From Syntrophales bacterium (GTDB lineage Bacteria > Desulfobacterota > Syntrophia > Syntrophales > UBA2210), in contig CAXXNF010000002.1 of NCBI GenBank assembly GCA_963666365.2, positions 1,696,001-1,760,000 of the forward strand: a stretch of DNA of 64,000 nucleotides, written 5' to 3'. Below the pieces are notes generated by a model. The model was not told where the DNA came from. It saw only the letters and a list, made by a program, of their open reading frames with translations, and did not search any database. A program made the position numbers and the translations under genes. Below, piece after piece: positions 1 through 8,854 of the stretch (its first letter is position 1; every line of letters starts with the position of its first letter).

Positions 1-39
1 TTCGAGTCGACCCCGTTACGACCACTTCGGTACCTCTCC
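1..39 (-). tRNA. tRNA-Ser (anticodon CGA), 5' part only, truncated by window start
   Basis: Minus strand reads GGAGAGGTACCGAAGTGGTCGTAACGGGGTCGACTCGAA: acceptor stem start GGAGAGG, D-arm with GG, anticodon stem GTCGA and loop CT-CGA-A. Lies just downstream of tadA. Confidence 0.85.
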
Positions 40-55
40 GCAATTTAAACCGCAC

Positions 56-517
56 TCATACCCTCTTTTTTCTAAAAAATCTACTCAAAATTTCACCGCA
101 TTCACTTTCGAGCACGCCGCCCCGCACCTCAGCAACGTGATTCAGCTTTCCATCGTCAAAAATGCGATAGAGCGACGAGAGGCCGCCCCCCTTGGGGTCG
201 GCGGCGCCGTATACCACCCGGGCGATCCTGGCCTGAACAATGGCGCCGACACACATGATGCAGGGTTCCAGGGTGACGTAGAGAGTCGCACCGGTAAGTC
301 GATAATTTCCCAGTTTTTTCGAAGATTCCCTAATGGCAAGCACCTCCGCATGGGCCGTGGGATCACCCGTCGACACCGGGCAGTTATGGGCGCGCGCTGT
401 CACCGCTCCCTGATACACCACGGCCGCCCCGATGGGCACCTCGTCCTCACTGAAGGCCGTCTTCGCCTCTTCGAGCGCAATATTCATAAACAGTTCGTCT
501 TGATCGTCACCAATCAT
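56..517 (-). CDS. tadA: tRNA-specific adenosine deaminase
   Basis: EVPIGA, DPTAHAE and TLEPCIMC zinc-deaminase motifs; YGAADPKGG; C-terminal FFRKKR. Confidence 0.95.
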   Translation of the reverse strand: MIGDDQDELFMNIALEEAKTAFSEDEVPIGAAVVYQGAVTARAHNCPVSTGDPTAHAEVLAIRESSKKLGNYRLTGATLYVTLEPCIMCVGAIVQARIARVVYGAADPKGGGLSSLYRIFDDGKLNHVAEVRGGVLESECGEILSRFFRKKRV

Positions 518-657
518 GCAGCATCATCCTCAGTTAAAGATCACCCTCAACCATCAGGGGATATGACTTTTTGCGGTACCGTCAATCCTGTTGCCACATC
601 ACAATCATCTTGCTTCGCCCATCTGCTTCCGCTATAGTGCAGGAGGTGACGAAAACC

Positions 658-1218
658 ATGATTTCAAACAGGATATTCCTTATCACTATAGTAATTTCCC
701 TTGCGCTTCATGTGGCCTTGCTGGCCGTGGCGGGGTTTATCGATATCGGAACCAGCCGCACCCATTCCGATCCCCTCATCGTCTCGCTTGAGGACCCGCC
801 TGCCGGACCTGATCCTGTCGGCACTGAGGAAGAAGTTAGCACACCATCGCAGGACTTGTCGATGAATACTTCAGACAATGTCGGACCGATACGGGAAGAT
901 ACGGTTGAACTCGACACAATGCACAGCAAATATGACATATATCTCGCCTACTTGAGGGGAAAGATAGAGCGTGAATGGCGCTATCCCCGGCAGGCGCAGC
1001 ATGCTCAGAAGGAAGGAATCGCAATAATTCTGTTTACGATCACCGACAGGGGGAGGCTGTCTGAAACCCTTGTCGTCGGGTCATCGGGATGCCCCGTCCT
1101 TGATGATGAATCGATACGAACCATACAATCGGCTGCGCCCTTCGAACCATTGCCGGTCACGTTCAATCTCTCCAGATTGAACATTGTCGCTGCCTTTGAC
1201 TACAGGATCACGAATTAA
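658..1218 (+). CDS. TonB family energy transducer (N-terminal TM helix, TonB C-terminal domain)
   Basis: AGGAGGTG RBS before ATG at 658; SLALH motif in TM helix; YPRQA...SSG..LD..A.PF.PLP TonB_C pattern. Confidence 0.8.
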   Translation: MISNRIFLITIVISLALHVALLAVAGFIDIGTSRTHSDPLIVSLEDPPAGPDPVGTEEEVSTPSQDLSMNTSDNVGPIREDTVELDTMHSKYDIYLAYLRGKIEREWRYPRQAQHAQKEGIAIILFTITDRGRLSETLVVGSSGCPVLDDESIRTIQSAAPFEPLPVTFNLSRLNIVAAFDYRITN

Positions 1219-1228
1219 AGCAACCGCT

Positions 1229-2458
1229 ATGAACAACGAAAAGAAGATCGTCCTTTTTACCGGAGCCGCGCACTATCTGACCCATTTTTATGAACTTGCC
1301 TTCCCCGCGCTGGCAATACCGCTGATGCGATCCCTGAACATGGACCTTGCCGATGTACTGAAGCTGGGATTTTTCATGTACCTCCTTTATGGAGTCGCCG
1401 CGCTGCCGGCGGGCATTGCCGCCGACCGGTTCGGAAATCGCAAAAGCCTGATCGTGTTTTTTCTTGGCGCCGGCGCCGGCGCCATGGTGACTTCGTTTTC
1501 ACAGTCCCCCCTCTCGCTTTCGGTTTCACTTGCCTTCATCGGACTCTTTGCCAGCATCTATCACCCGGCGGGCATGGGATTGATTTCCATCGGGGTAAAA
1601 AATCGCGGCATGGCCCTCGGCATTAACGGGGTTGCCGGCAACATCGGCCTCGTGAGTGCGCCCTTTGTGGCGGGGCTGCTGAACTGGCTCGTCGGATGGC
1701 AGATCACCTACCTGCTGATCGGCATCTTTTCGATCGCCTGGGGGGTGTTTCTCTTTTTCACATCCATCGACGAGACGCCGATTCATGTTCATGAAAGGTC
1801 CACCGGGGGAACGACTGAAGGAACGAACAATTACCTGCGGTATTTTGCGATTCTCTGCGTGATCATGACACTGGCAGGGCTTGCCTATCGGGCAAACAGT
1901 GTCATTCTGCCGGCATATCTCGAACTGAAGGCGAGTTTCCTCTGGGATCTATTCAACCGCCTGTCGGTGACAAACGCTGCAGGCGCGAAAACGATGGCGG
2001 CAACGCTTCTCGCCTCGGCAATTTATACCATCGGCATCTTCGGACAGCTGCTCGGAGGAAGACTTGCCGACAGGTACGATCTTCGCTGGCTCTATCTGCT
2101 GTTTCACGCAATGAGCCTTCCTTTTGTCATCGCAATGGGATTTTTCAGCCAGGAGCTCCTGGTGCTGTCCGCCGGGCTCTACATTTTGTTTTCACTGGGC
2201 ATGCAACCTATAGAAAACAGCCTCGTGGCTACCTTTACCCCGAGCCGCTGGAGAAGCACCAGCTACGGCATCAAATTCATTCTCACCTTCGGGGTGGGGT
2301 CTCTTGCCGTGTATATTGTGGGCTGGATAAAGGATGCCTGGAATCTGGGAACGGTATACTATTTCATGGGCGGCATCATTGCGGTGTTCGTTTTACTTAT
2401 CTGTCTGCTGATACTGGCGTCACGGAATGTATCGATACGGAACATTCCCCATCGATAA
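1229..2458 (+). CDS. MFS transporter
   Basis: About 12 hydrophobic segments; motif A GIAADRFGNR and its repeat GRLADRYDLR; YHPAG. Start placed at ATG 1229. Confidence 0.9.
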   Translation: MNNEKKIVLFTGAAHYLTHFYELAFPALAIPLMRSLNMDLADVLKLGFFMYLLYGVAALPAGIAADRFGNRKSLIVFFLGAGAGAMVTSFSQSPLSLSVSLAFIGLFASIYHPAGMGLISIGVKNRGMALGINGVAGNIGLVSAPFVAGLLNWLVGWQITYLLIGIFSIAWGVFLFFTSIDETPIHVHERSTGGTTEGTNNYLRYFAILCVIMTLAGLAYRANSVILPAYLELKASFLWDLFNRLSVTNAAGAKTMAATLLASAIYTIGIFGQLLGGRLADRYDLRWLYLLFHAMSLPFVIAMGFFSQELLVLSAGLYILFSLGMQPIENSLVATFTPSRWRSTSYGIKFILTFGVGSLAVYIVGWIKDAWNLGTVYYFMGGIIAVFVLLICLLILASRNVSIRNIPHR

Positions 2459-2489
2459 TGCCTGTACACGGCGGGAACGGTCTTTCCTC

Positions 2490-3074
2490 TTATTTGTTCA
2501 TCAACTTGACTTTGACGTGTTTTCTGCAGGCGGTCAGAGGACGTTCGTCCTTCGTCAGCTTCATGTGCATGATGGCCCCTTCCCAACTGTTCAGAATAAA
2601 CTGCGCCGTCTCTTCCGGGTCCACTTCCGCCGGGATGTCGCCGGTGCGCTGTCCCTCCTTGAGACAGGCCTCGATACAGGCGCTCAGACGTGAATACACC
2701 TGGATGATTCGCTCACGAAAGGTGTCGCTGAGATCGGCCATCTCCTGCATCATATTGCCGATGGGACAGCCGTACCTGAAATTGAGCTTTTCGAAACGCC
2801 GCTGATTCATTTCCAGCAGGCGATCAATGCGCTCTAGGGAAGGAATTGACGTGTCCTGGAGATAGGTTAGGGTATTGGCAACGAGAATTTCTCCATAGTA
2901 ATCGATGATGTGCAGACCTAAATCTTCCTTGTTTTTAAAATAAAAATAAAATGAACCCTTGGGGATACCTGCGGCATCGAGAATCTCCTGGATTCCCGTA
3001 TTGTTGAACCCCCTGGCATGGACCAGATGCGCCCCTTTTTTAATGATCCTGAGTTTTGTGTCGTTCTTGGTCAT
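2490..3074 (-). CDS. TetR/AcrR family transcriptional regulator (NemR-like)
   Basis: N-terminal HTH GFNNTGIQEILDAAGIPKGSFYFYFKNKEDL; GCPIGN motif. Confidence 0.93.
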   Translation of the reverse strand: MTKNDTKLRIIKKGAHLVHARGFNNTGIQEILDAAGIPKGSFYFYFKNKEDLGLHIIDYYGEILVANTLTYLQDTSIPSLERIDRLLEMNQRRFEKLNFRYGCPIGNMMQEMADLSDTFRERIIQVYSRLSACIEACLKEGQRTGDIPAEVDPEETAQFILNSWEGAIMHMKLTKDERPLTACRKHVKVKLMNK

Positions 3075-3090
3075 AGTATCATTATACTGA

Positions 3091-3122
3091 AGAAAAGAGG
3101 GCGGCGCCGCGGCGCCGCCCTC
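3091..3122 (-). terminator. Intrinsic terminator after the dehydratase-like gene
   Basis: Perfect 26-nt GC palindrome GAGGGCGGCGCCGCGGCGCCGCCCTC (3097-3122) followed by TTTTCT on the minus strand. Confidence 0.75.
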
Positions 3123-3170
3123 ATAGAATCAATAGAGAGCATTACCGGCATTCACCGGCAACGCCTGCCT

Positions 3171-4646
3171 TTAGTCTTTCGTCATACCGGCGATTCTTCG
3201 GACCAGGTTTTTTCTCTCTTCGATGTCGTACTGCGTCGTAATGGCGATCTGCTCCATAACCGGCGATCCGCCGCCGTGATAGTTGCCCACATTTGAAATG
3301 CCGCCCGTGGCCGAGCAGAGTACGTCGCCCAGGTAACGCCAGAACTGGGCAATGTTCTTTGACGACACATTGGGATTGCGCATTGCGTATTTTTCAAGGA
3401 GCTCCTTTGTCTCGGGATTGACGAAGTCCTTCTCGTGGGGGAAGGTGGCCGTGACGCCGCCGGAGATGTCGCAGAGAATCTCCTGCTCATGATAGACGGC
3501 CTCGCCTGTCAGACAGCGGCCCACATTACAGTAGATGGAATTGGGAATGTAGCTTCCGGGACCGTAGGGAATGAAGCCCACGCCGGGCATGTAAAGCTCT
3601 GGCTTGCCCAGGTCGGAACCAGTGTAGCCCGCCGCATAGCCCAGTTCCGTTACCAGAATGATCTCCGCCAGCTTCTCACGCACATGACCGGCCTTCTCGA
3701 TGCCGTTCATCTCCGCCGCCAGCGCCGCCGTCCCCAGAAGCACGTCGCCGATGGCCGGCTTGCAGCCCGAGTAGCTGTGACGATGGAAGAGCGCAAAGAG
3801 AAGCGCCAGGGCACCGCCGTGCATATACTCGCCACAGAGGAATACCCGTTCCCAGGGCACAAAGCAGTCATCAAAAATCATGTAGGAGTCGGTGGAACCG
3901 GGCATGAAGCCGCGGGGAAAATGTTTCCGCTCGCGCAGGTTGTGGATGGTCACCACCTGCTTCAAGCCTTCCCAGTCGCCGGGAATGGCAAAGGCTACGG
4001 CGTAGTCCTTGTCCTTGGGACCCAGGGCACGAGTCGGCACCACCAGCACCTCGTCCGCCACCGAAGCTTCGGAAATGTGCACCTTACAGCCCGACACGAC
4101 GATACCGTCGCTCCTCTTTTCCTTGATCCGCACGTACATGTCGGGATCGACCTGCTCGTGGGGTCGTTTCATACGATCGCCCTTCACGTCGGTCTGGGCG
4201 CAGCAGCCCATCAGGTCTTCCGTCTGGAACCGCTCCAGCCACTTCTTGAAATTGGCGTGATATTCCGTGGCGCCGTTGTTCTGCTTGTCCGCCTCGTAGC
4301 TCACGTTATAGATGGCGTTTGTCGCATCGATGCCCATGCACCGCTGGATGCATCCGCCTACCTGCCTGCTCAGATAGCGGGTCATATCCTGCTTCTTGTG
4401 AAGGTCATCAGTATTCTGGTGAATATGGGTGAAGCGGTTGATCGTCTCCCCCGTCAGATGGGATTTCGCCAGCATCAGTTCCCGCACTTTGGGATCTGAA
4501 CTCTGGGCCTCATCGTAGGTCGTGCCTACCACATCGAGGCAGGGCATCTGCAACTCATCGGTACGATCGATTTTCTCTCCATCGTAATAAAGGTTCCTCT
4601 TCATCTTGCCCAGTGCTTCAATGTATTGCTCCTTGGTTCTTAACAT
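3171..4646 (-). CDS. 4-hydroxybutyryl-CoA dehydratase/vinylacetyl-CoA isomerase-like FAD/[4Fe-4S] protein (HpaB/AbfD family), paralog 1
   Basis: CIQRC, AQTDVKGDR, HRHSYSGCK and HGGGSP motifs match the AbfD cluster-ligand pattern. AAGGAG RBS before MLRTKEQ. Confidence 0.85.
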   Translation of the reverse strand: MLRTKEQYIEALGKMKRNLYYDGEKIDRTDELQMPCLDVVGTTYDEAQSSDPKVRELMLAKSHLTGETINRFTHIHQNTDDLHKKQDMTRYLSRQVGGCIQRCMGIDATNAIYNVSYEADKQNNGATEYHANFKKWLERFQTEDLMGCCAQTDVKGDRMKRPHEQVDPDMYVRIKEKRSDGIVVSGCKVHISEASVADEVLVVPTRALGPKDKDYAVAFAIPGDWEGLKQVVTIHNLRERKHFPRGFMPGSTDSYMIFDDCFVPWERVFLCGEYMHGGALALLFALFHRHSYSGCKPAIGDVLLGTAALAAEMNGIEKAGHVREKLAEIILVTELGYAAGYTGSDLGKPELYMPGVGFIPYGPGSYIPNSIYCNVGRCLTGEAVYHEQEILCDISGGVTATFPHEKDFVNPETKELLEKYAMRNPNVSSKNIAQFWRYLGDVLCSATGGISNVGNYHGGGSPVMEQIAITTQYDIEERKNLVRRIAGMTKD

Positions 4647-5053
4647 GCACATCTCCTTTTCGTTTACCCTTATATAAAGGGGTTTTTAAACACTTTCATC
4701 TCATCAATAAAAGTGCATTAATCATTTGTTTTATAGTGGCGGCAAAGGTCTCTTAGTCTTAGTGAACGGGACGGGCGGCTGCTCACCTGTAACCCTTCGA
4801 CGGCGCCTCCGTTGCCGAAACGCTGCGGGACCTTATCATGAATGACCCCTCTCGTACAACCTCCATTACAAGTAAACCGCAGCAAAGAACGCTCCCCGCA
4901 CGGCATGAGTCGCGCCTTCGCTGCGGTTCTGTGGGGACATATATCTATAACCTTTAGTAGCTGCCTCTCAACCAGGGGTTTCGCGTCTCCCGCGATAGCC
5001 CTTTATTTTTTATAATTTCATAAATTTTCTGTTTTTTCTTTTTCTAGGATGTG

Positions 5054-5083
5054 ATAATAGACCAGTCGTCTATACTATGTCAA
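5054..5083 (-). promoter_or_regulatory. sigma70-type promoter with an overlapping TetR-type operator
   Basis: Minus strand TTGACA-18nt-TATTAT; inverted repeat ATAGAC-CAGTC-GTCTAT at 5057-5073. Confidence 0.7.
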
Positions 5084-5125
5084 GGCTTTCTTTATAAAAA
5101 AGTTTTACTCAAGGAAGGAATAAAA

Positions 5126-6640
5126 ATGATTGCGTCTATCGAGGAAAGTCCCCTATATCGGATTGTCAATCCCCGGAGTATCGCCTTTTTCGGTGCTTCC
5201 AACAATTTTATGCGAATGGGCTCCATCATGCTTTCATCGGTCGAGGCCCTCGGGTATGAAGGAACCATATACCCGGTGCATCCCACGGAGGAATCGGTAC
5301 GCGGCCACAAGGCATATAAAAGCGTTCTGGATCTGCCTGAAATCGCCGACCTGGCCATTATCGTGCTTCCCACCGGTGTGGTCTGCGAGGCCATGAGGGA
5401 ATGCGGCGAACGGGGCATAAAACAGGCAATCGTAGTATCGGGAGGATTCAGGGAGGCCGGTCCTGAAGGGGCGGCGTTACAGAAAGAGTTGGAAGCCATT
5501 GCCGATCACTACGGCATCAGGTTCCTGGGGCCGAATTGTCTCGGCGTGGCAAATCCCCATATAAAATTGAATCCTACGCCGATTCCCGCAGAAGGCCCTC
5601 CAGGGTTTGTGGGCCTGGCCTCTCAGAGTGGAAGTTTTATCACCCAGATGTTCAACTACCTGCACCGCCACGGCATGGGATTCAGCACGGCCTTAAGCGT
5701 GGGCAACGAAGCCAACATCGACATTGTCGAATGCATGGAATATCTCGGCGCCTGTCCGCACACCAGGGTGATCGCCCTCTACATCGAGGGCATAAATCGC
5801 GGACGTGAATTTATAGAAACGGCAAAAGCGATTACACCGCACAAACCGATCGTGGCGCTCTACGTAGGCGGTTCGGAAACGGGAAAAAGGGCGGGCATGT
5901 CCCATACCGGCTCCATGGCGGGCCCCGATGAGGTCTACGACGGCATGTTCCGCCAGTGCGGCATTATACGTGCGAAAACCCTTTCCGAACTTTTCGACTT
6001 TTCTTTTGCCCTGGCGTGCCTTCCCCGCCCAAGGGGGAACCGCGTCATTATCCAGACACACTCGGGGGGACCGGGCGCAGCGGCGGCCGATTCACTCGGG
6101 CGTTCAGGTTTTGAACTGCCTGCCCTCTCAGCCGATACGATAGAGAAACTGAGAAAAATAATCCCGAAAACGGCCAGTACCAACAACCCCGTCGACATGA
6201 CCTTCAGCAAGAACCCCATGGATGATTTCTACAAGATACCCGATATTCTGCTTCAGGAAGAGAATGCCGACATGCTCATGGTCTATTTTCTATCTCCGGC
6301 GGTCTTTTTCGAAAGGGCCCTTTCACAGGCCGGCCTCCCCCCCGATCAGGTAGCTGACGAATCCCGCAAGATGTACGATACCCATGTGGATGCATTTTTC
6401 AACCTGACGAAGAAGTACCAAAAGCCGATAATCGGCTACACGTACCGGAGTCTTCAGGAACCGATTGTAAGAGATCTTGTGGACCGAGGAGTTCCCATTT
6501 ACAAAGATCCGGAACGGGCGGCGCGTGCCATGGCGGCGCTGGCTTCCTATCACGCCATAAAGGGAAAAATTGCCGAACAGTCTATGGAAGAGCAGCCCTT
6601 CGAGGACATGCTGCCGCGGCGGCGTGCATCGGTCGGCTGA
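5126..6640 (+). CDS. Acyl-CoA synthetase (NDP-forming) alpha subunit / CoA-binding protein
   Basis: NPRSIAFFGAS, GPNCLG, SQSG, VGNEA, SHTG (phospho-His), NPVD; no ATP-grasp domain. Confidence 0.9.
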   Translation: MIASIEESPLYRIVNPRSIAFFGASNNFMRMGSIMLSSVEALGYEGTIYPVHPTEESVRGHKAYKSVLDLPEIADLAIIVLPTGVVCEAMRECGERGIKQAIVVSGGFREAGPEGAALQKELEAIADHYGIRFLGPNCLGVANPHIKLNPTPIPAEGPPGFVGLASQSGSFITQMFNYLHRHGMGFSTALSVGNEANIDIVECMEYLGACPHTRVIALYIEGINRGREFIETAKAITPHKPIVALYVGGSETGKRAGMSHTGSMAGPDEVYDGMFRQCGIIRAKTLSELFDFSFALACLPRPRGNRVIIQTHSGGPGAAAADSLGRSGFELPALSADTIEKLRKIIPKTASTNNPVDMTFSKNPMDDFYKIPDILLQEENADMLMVYFLSPAVFFERALSQAGLPPDQVADESRKMYDTHVDAFFNLTKKYQKPIIGYTYRSLQEPIVRDLVDRGVPIYKDPERAARAMAALASYHAIKGKIAEQSMEEQPFEDMLPRRRASVG

Positions 6641-6735
6641 TTTTTACACATCATACACGCACGGAGGGGTGTTGCGGAAAAAAGAGATCTCCTCTCTCAC
6701 CTTAAGTACAGGAGGCGCCAAAGGAGGAGCCGGAA

Positions 6736-8211
6736 ATGGATCATACTACACGGGACGCGCTGGATCGCATGTGTTCACCCCGCGGACTGGCCATCATCGG
6801 GGGCGTGGGCGGTTTCGGCTCTTTCGGCTACAATATCGTTATGAGCCATGTCCTTTATGGATACAAGGGAAATCTCTACCCTATATCCTCGAAAGGGGGC
6901 AATATTGCCGGGGAAAAAGTCTATCGCAGTCTTGAGGAAGTTCCAGATCCCATCGATCTCGCTTCAATCGCCGTCCCGGCCCCGGTGGTACCGGAGGTCC
7001 TGACCCAGTGTCTGAGGCGAGGAATAACGGGAGTGCAGATTCATACCTCGGGATTCGCCGAAACCGGAGATGCGCAGGGGAAGGCCCTTCAGGTTGAGAT
7101 ACAACGCATATCCGAAAAAGGTATCCGGATCATCGGTCCCAACTGTTTCGGCATTCACTGTCCCAGAGGAGGTATCACCCTTCTGCCTGGGTTTGACTAT
7201 TCAAAAAATCCGGGACCTGTCGCCATGATTTCGCAAAGCGGGGGCATTGCAAACGATTTTGCGCACGAAGCCCACCTTTCCGGATTAGAATTGAGTAAAG
7301 TATTTTCCTACGGCAACGGATGCGACATGGGCGCCCTGGAGCTCCTCGACTATCTTGCCGATGATCCCGATACGACCTACATTGCCGCCTACCTCGAAGG
7401 TGTTGCCGAGGGGCGGCCGTTTCTTATGAAACTCAGGGAAATCGCATCCCGCAAACCCACGGTCATATGGAAGGGCGGTCTCACTCCTCTGGGGCATCGG
7501 GCCACCATGAGTCACACGGGATCGCTGGGTGGCGAATCCCGGATCTGGAAGGCAGCCCTCGCGCAGGCAGGGGCCCTTGCAGTGGATGGGCTCGATGAAA
7601 TGATTGATACGCTTACCGCCCTCGCCTATCTTAGAAACAGTGGACGCAAGATCGCTCTGACCGGAGGGGGCGGTGCTATCGGGGTGTTCAGTTCCGATCT
7701 GGCCTATCGGTGGGGTCTGGAAATCCCCCCCTTCAGCAAAGGGACGCAAAGAAGGCTTCGTGAACTCTTTCCAACACCGGGAAACAGTGTCATTAACCCC
7801 CTCGATACGGGAACACCGGCTCTGCCACTGGAGATTCTCACCCCCATGCTCGAAACGATTCTCCGGAACGAGCCCCTTGATGTTCTGGTCGCCATTATGC
7901 TCATCCATCCGCTTGAAGTCGTTTTTCCCGCCTTTATGCGCAAGGCGGGATTCGACAGTCTGCCGCCGGGAAGCTATCTGAAATCACTTCTCGCCTCTCT
8001 TTCCCGACTGAAAAAGGAAACGGGCACGGATATTGTAATGGTAATCGAAAACAGAGCGCGCCTACAGGAGAACATCGATTCCGAATTGGTGGCGCGGTCC
8101 ATCAGAGATCTCTCTCAACAGGAGGGAATCCCCGTATATTCAAACCCGGAACGCGCGCTCCGGGGCATCAGGAACGCCTGCTGGCTGAAAGCGTCACACG
8201 AACGCCACTGA
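6736..8211 (+). CDS. Acyl-CoA synthetase (NDP-forming) alpha subunit / CoA-binding protein
   Basis: GPNCFG, SQSGG, SHTG, NPLD; AGGAGG RBS; no ATP-grasp domain. Confidence 0.88.
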   Translation: MDHTTRDALDRMCSPRGLAIIGGVGGFGSFGYNIVMSHVLYGYKGNLYPISSKGGNIAGEKVYRSLEEVPDPIDLASIAVPAPVVPEVLTQCLRRGITGVQIHTSGFAETGDAQGKALQVEIQRISEKGIRIIGPNCFGIHCPRGGITLLPGFDYSKNPGPVAMISQSGGIANDFAHEAHLSGLELSKVFSYGNGCDMGALELLDYLADDPDTTYIAAYLEGVAEGRPFLMKLREIASRKPTVIWKGGLTPLGHRATMSHTGSLGGESRIWKAALAQAGALAVDGLDEMIDTLTALAYLRNSGRKIALTGGGGAIGVFSSDLAYRWGLEIPPFSKGTQRRLRELFPTPGNSVINPLDTGTPALPLEILTPMLETILRNEPLDVLVAIMLIHPLEVVFPAFMRKAGFDSLPPGSYLKSLLASLSRLKKETGTDIVMVIENRARLQENIDSELVARSIRDLSQQEGIPVYSNPERALRGIRNACWLKASHERH

Positions 8212-8215
8212 GCCC

Positions 8216-8656
8216 TTATTTTTTTACCACCAGCACCGGTTTGCTTGCCTTTCGCACAAGATTGTACGACACAGAGCCGAGAAGCATTTTGGGAATACTC
8301 TCCGCCTTGCCGCGGGCACCGATCACAATGACGGAGACATCTTCCTCCTCTTCGGCGCGAAGCATTTCGCGGAAGGGATCTCCTTTTTCCACTCTGATTT
8401 TCACCTTGAATCCGGTATCTTTCAGATCCTTTTCAATCTCCCCCATCTCTTTTTTCGCCTTTACTTCCAGTTCGGCCATTATGCCTGCAATATCCTTTGT
8501 GGCAAAACGTGCAAGGTCGCTGAGGCCGCGCCGGTCGATAACATGCAGCATCACCACCTCTTCGGAACCGGCATTTTTCAACTGTTTGACAAACTCCAAG
8601 GCCCGGCCCGCCTCAACGGAAAAATCAGTCGGATACAAGATCTTCTTGAACATCAT
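8216..8656 (-). CDS. Universal stress protein
   Basis: KKILYPTDFS...G.RG...LLGSVS...PVLVV. Confidence 0.93.
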   Translation of the reverse strand: MMFKKILYPTDFSVEAGRALEFVKQLKNAGSEEVVMLHVIDRRGLSDLARFATKDIAGIMAELEVKAKKEMGEIEKDLKDTGFKVKIRVEKGDPFREMLRAEEEEDVSVIVIGARGKAESIPKMLLGSVSYNLVRKASKPVLVVKK

Positions 8657-8854
8657 TTCCCTCCTTTAGGATCGTCCGTCTTTCAAATCACTCTGTATCG
8701 GTACAATTTGACGGGTATTGTCGCGTACATTGGAGGCATGGTCAAGAAAAAACTTTGATTTCAACCTCTTGGATCAGAAAAAGGCGTTTGCCTTCCGCCC
8801 GAAATTCGTAGTACACTGCAATGCGGGAGATTTTCAAGAGAAGAGGAGGGAACT

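Noticed and set aside
3171..4646. Annotation as 4-hydroxyphenylacetate 3-monooxygenase (HpaB), also for the paralogs at 43.8 and 46.1 kb
   Set aside because: The [4Fe-4S] ligand motifs and anaerobic acyl-CoA context fit the AbfD branch, and no flavin reductase partner is adjacent
4955..5005. c-di-GMP-I riboswitch (GACGCGAAACC resembles GACGCAAAGCC)
   Set aside because: No GGCAAA element or GNRA-capped P2 and no P3 with CTAA, so the resemblance is only partial
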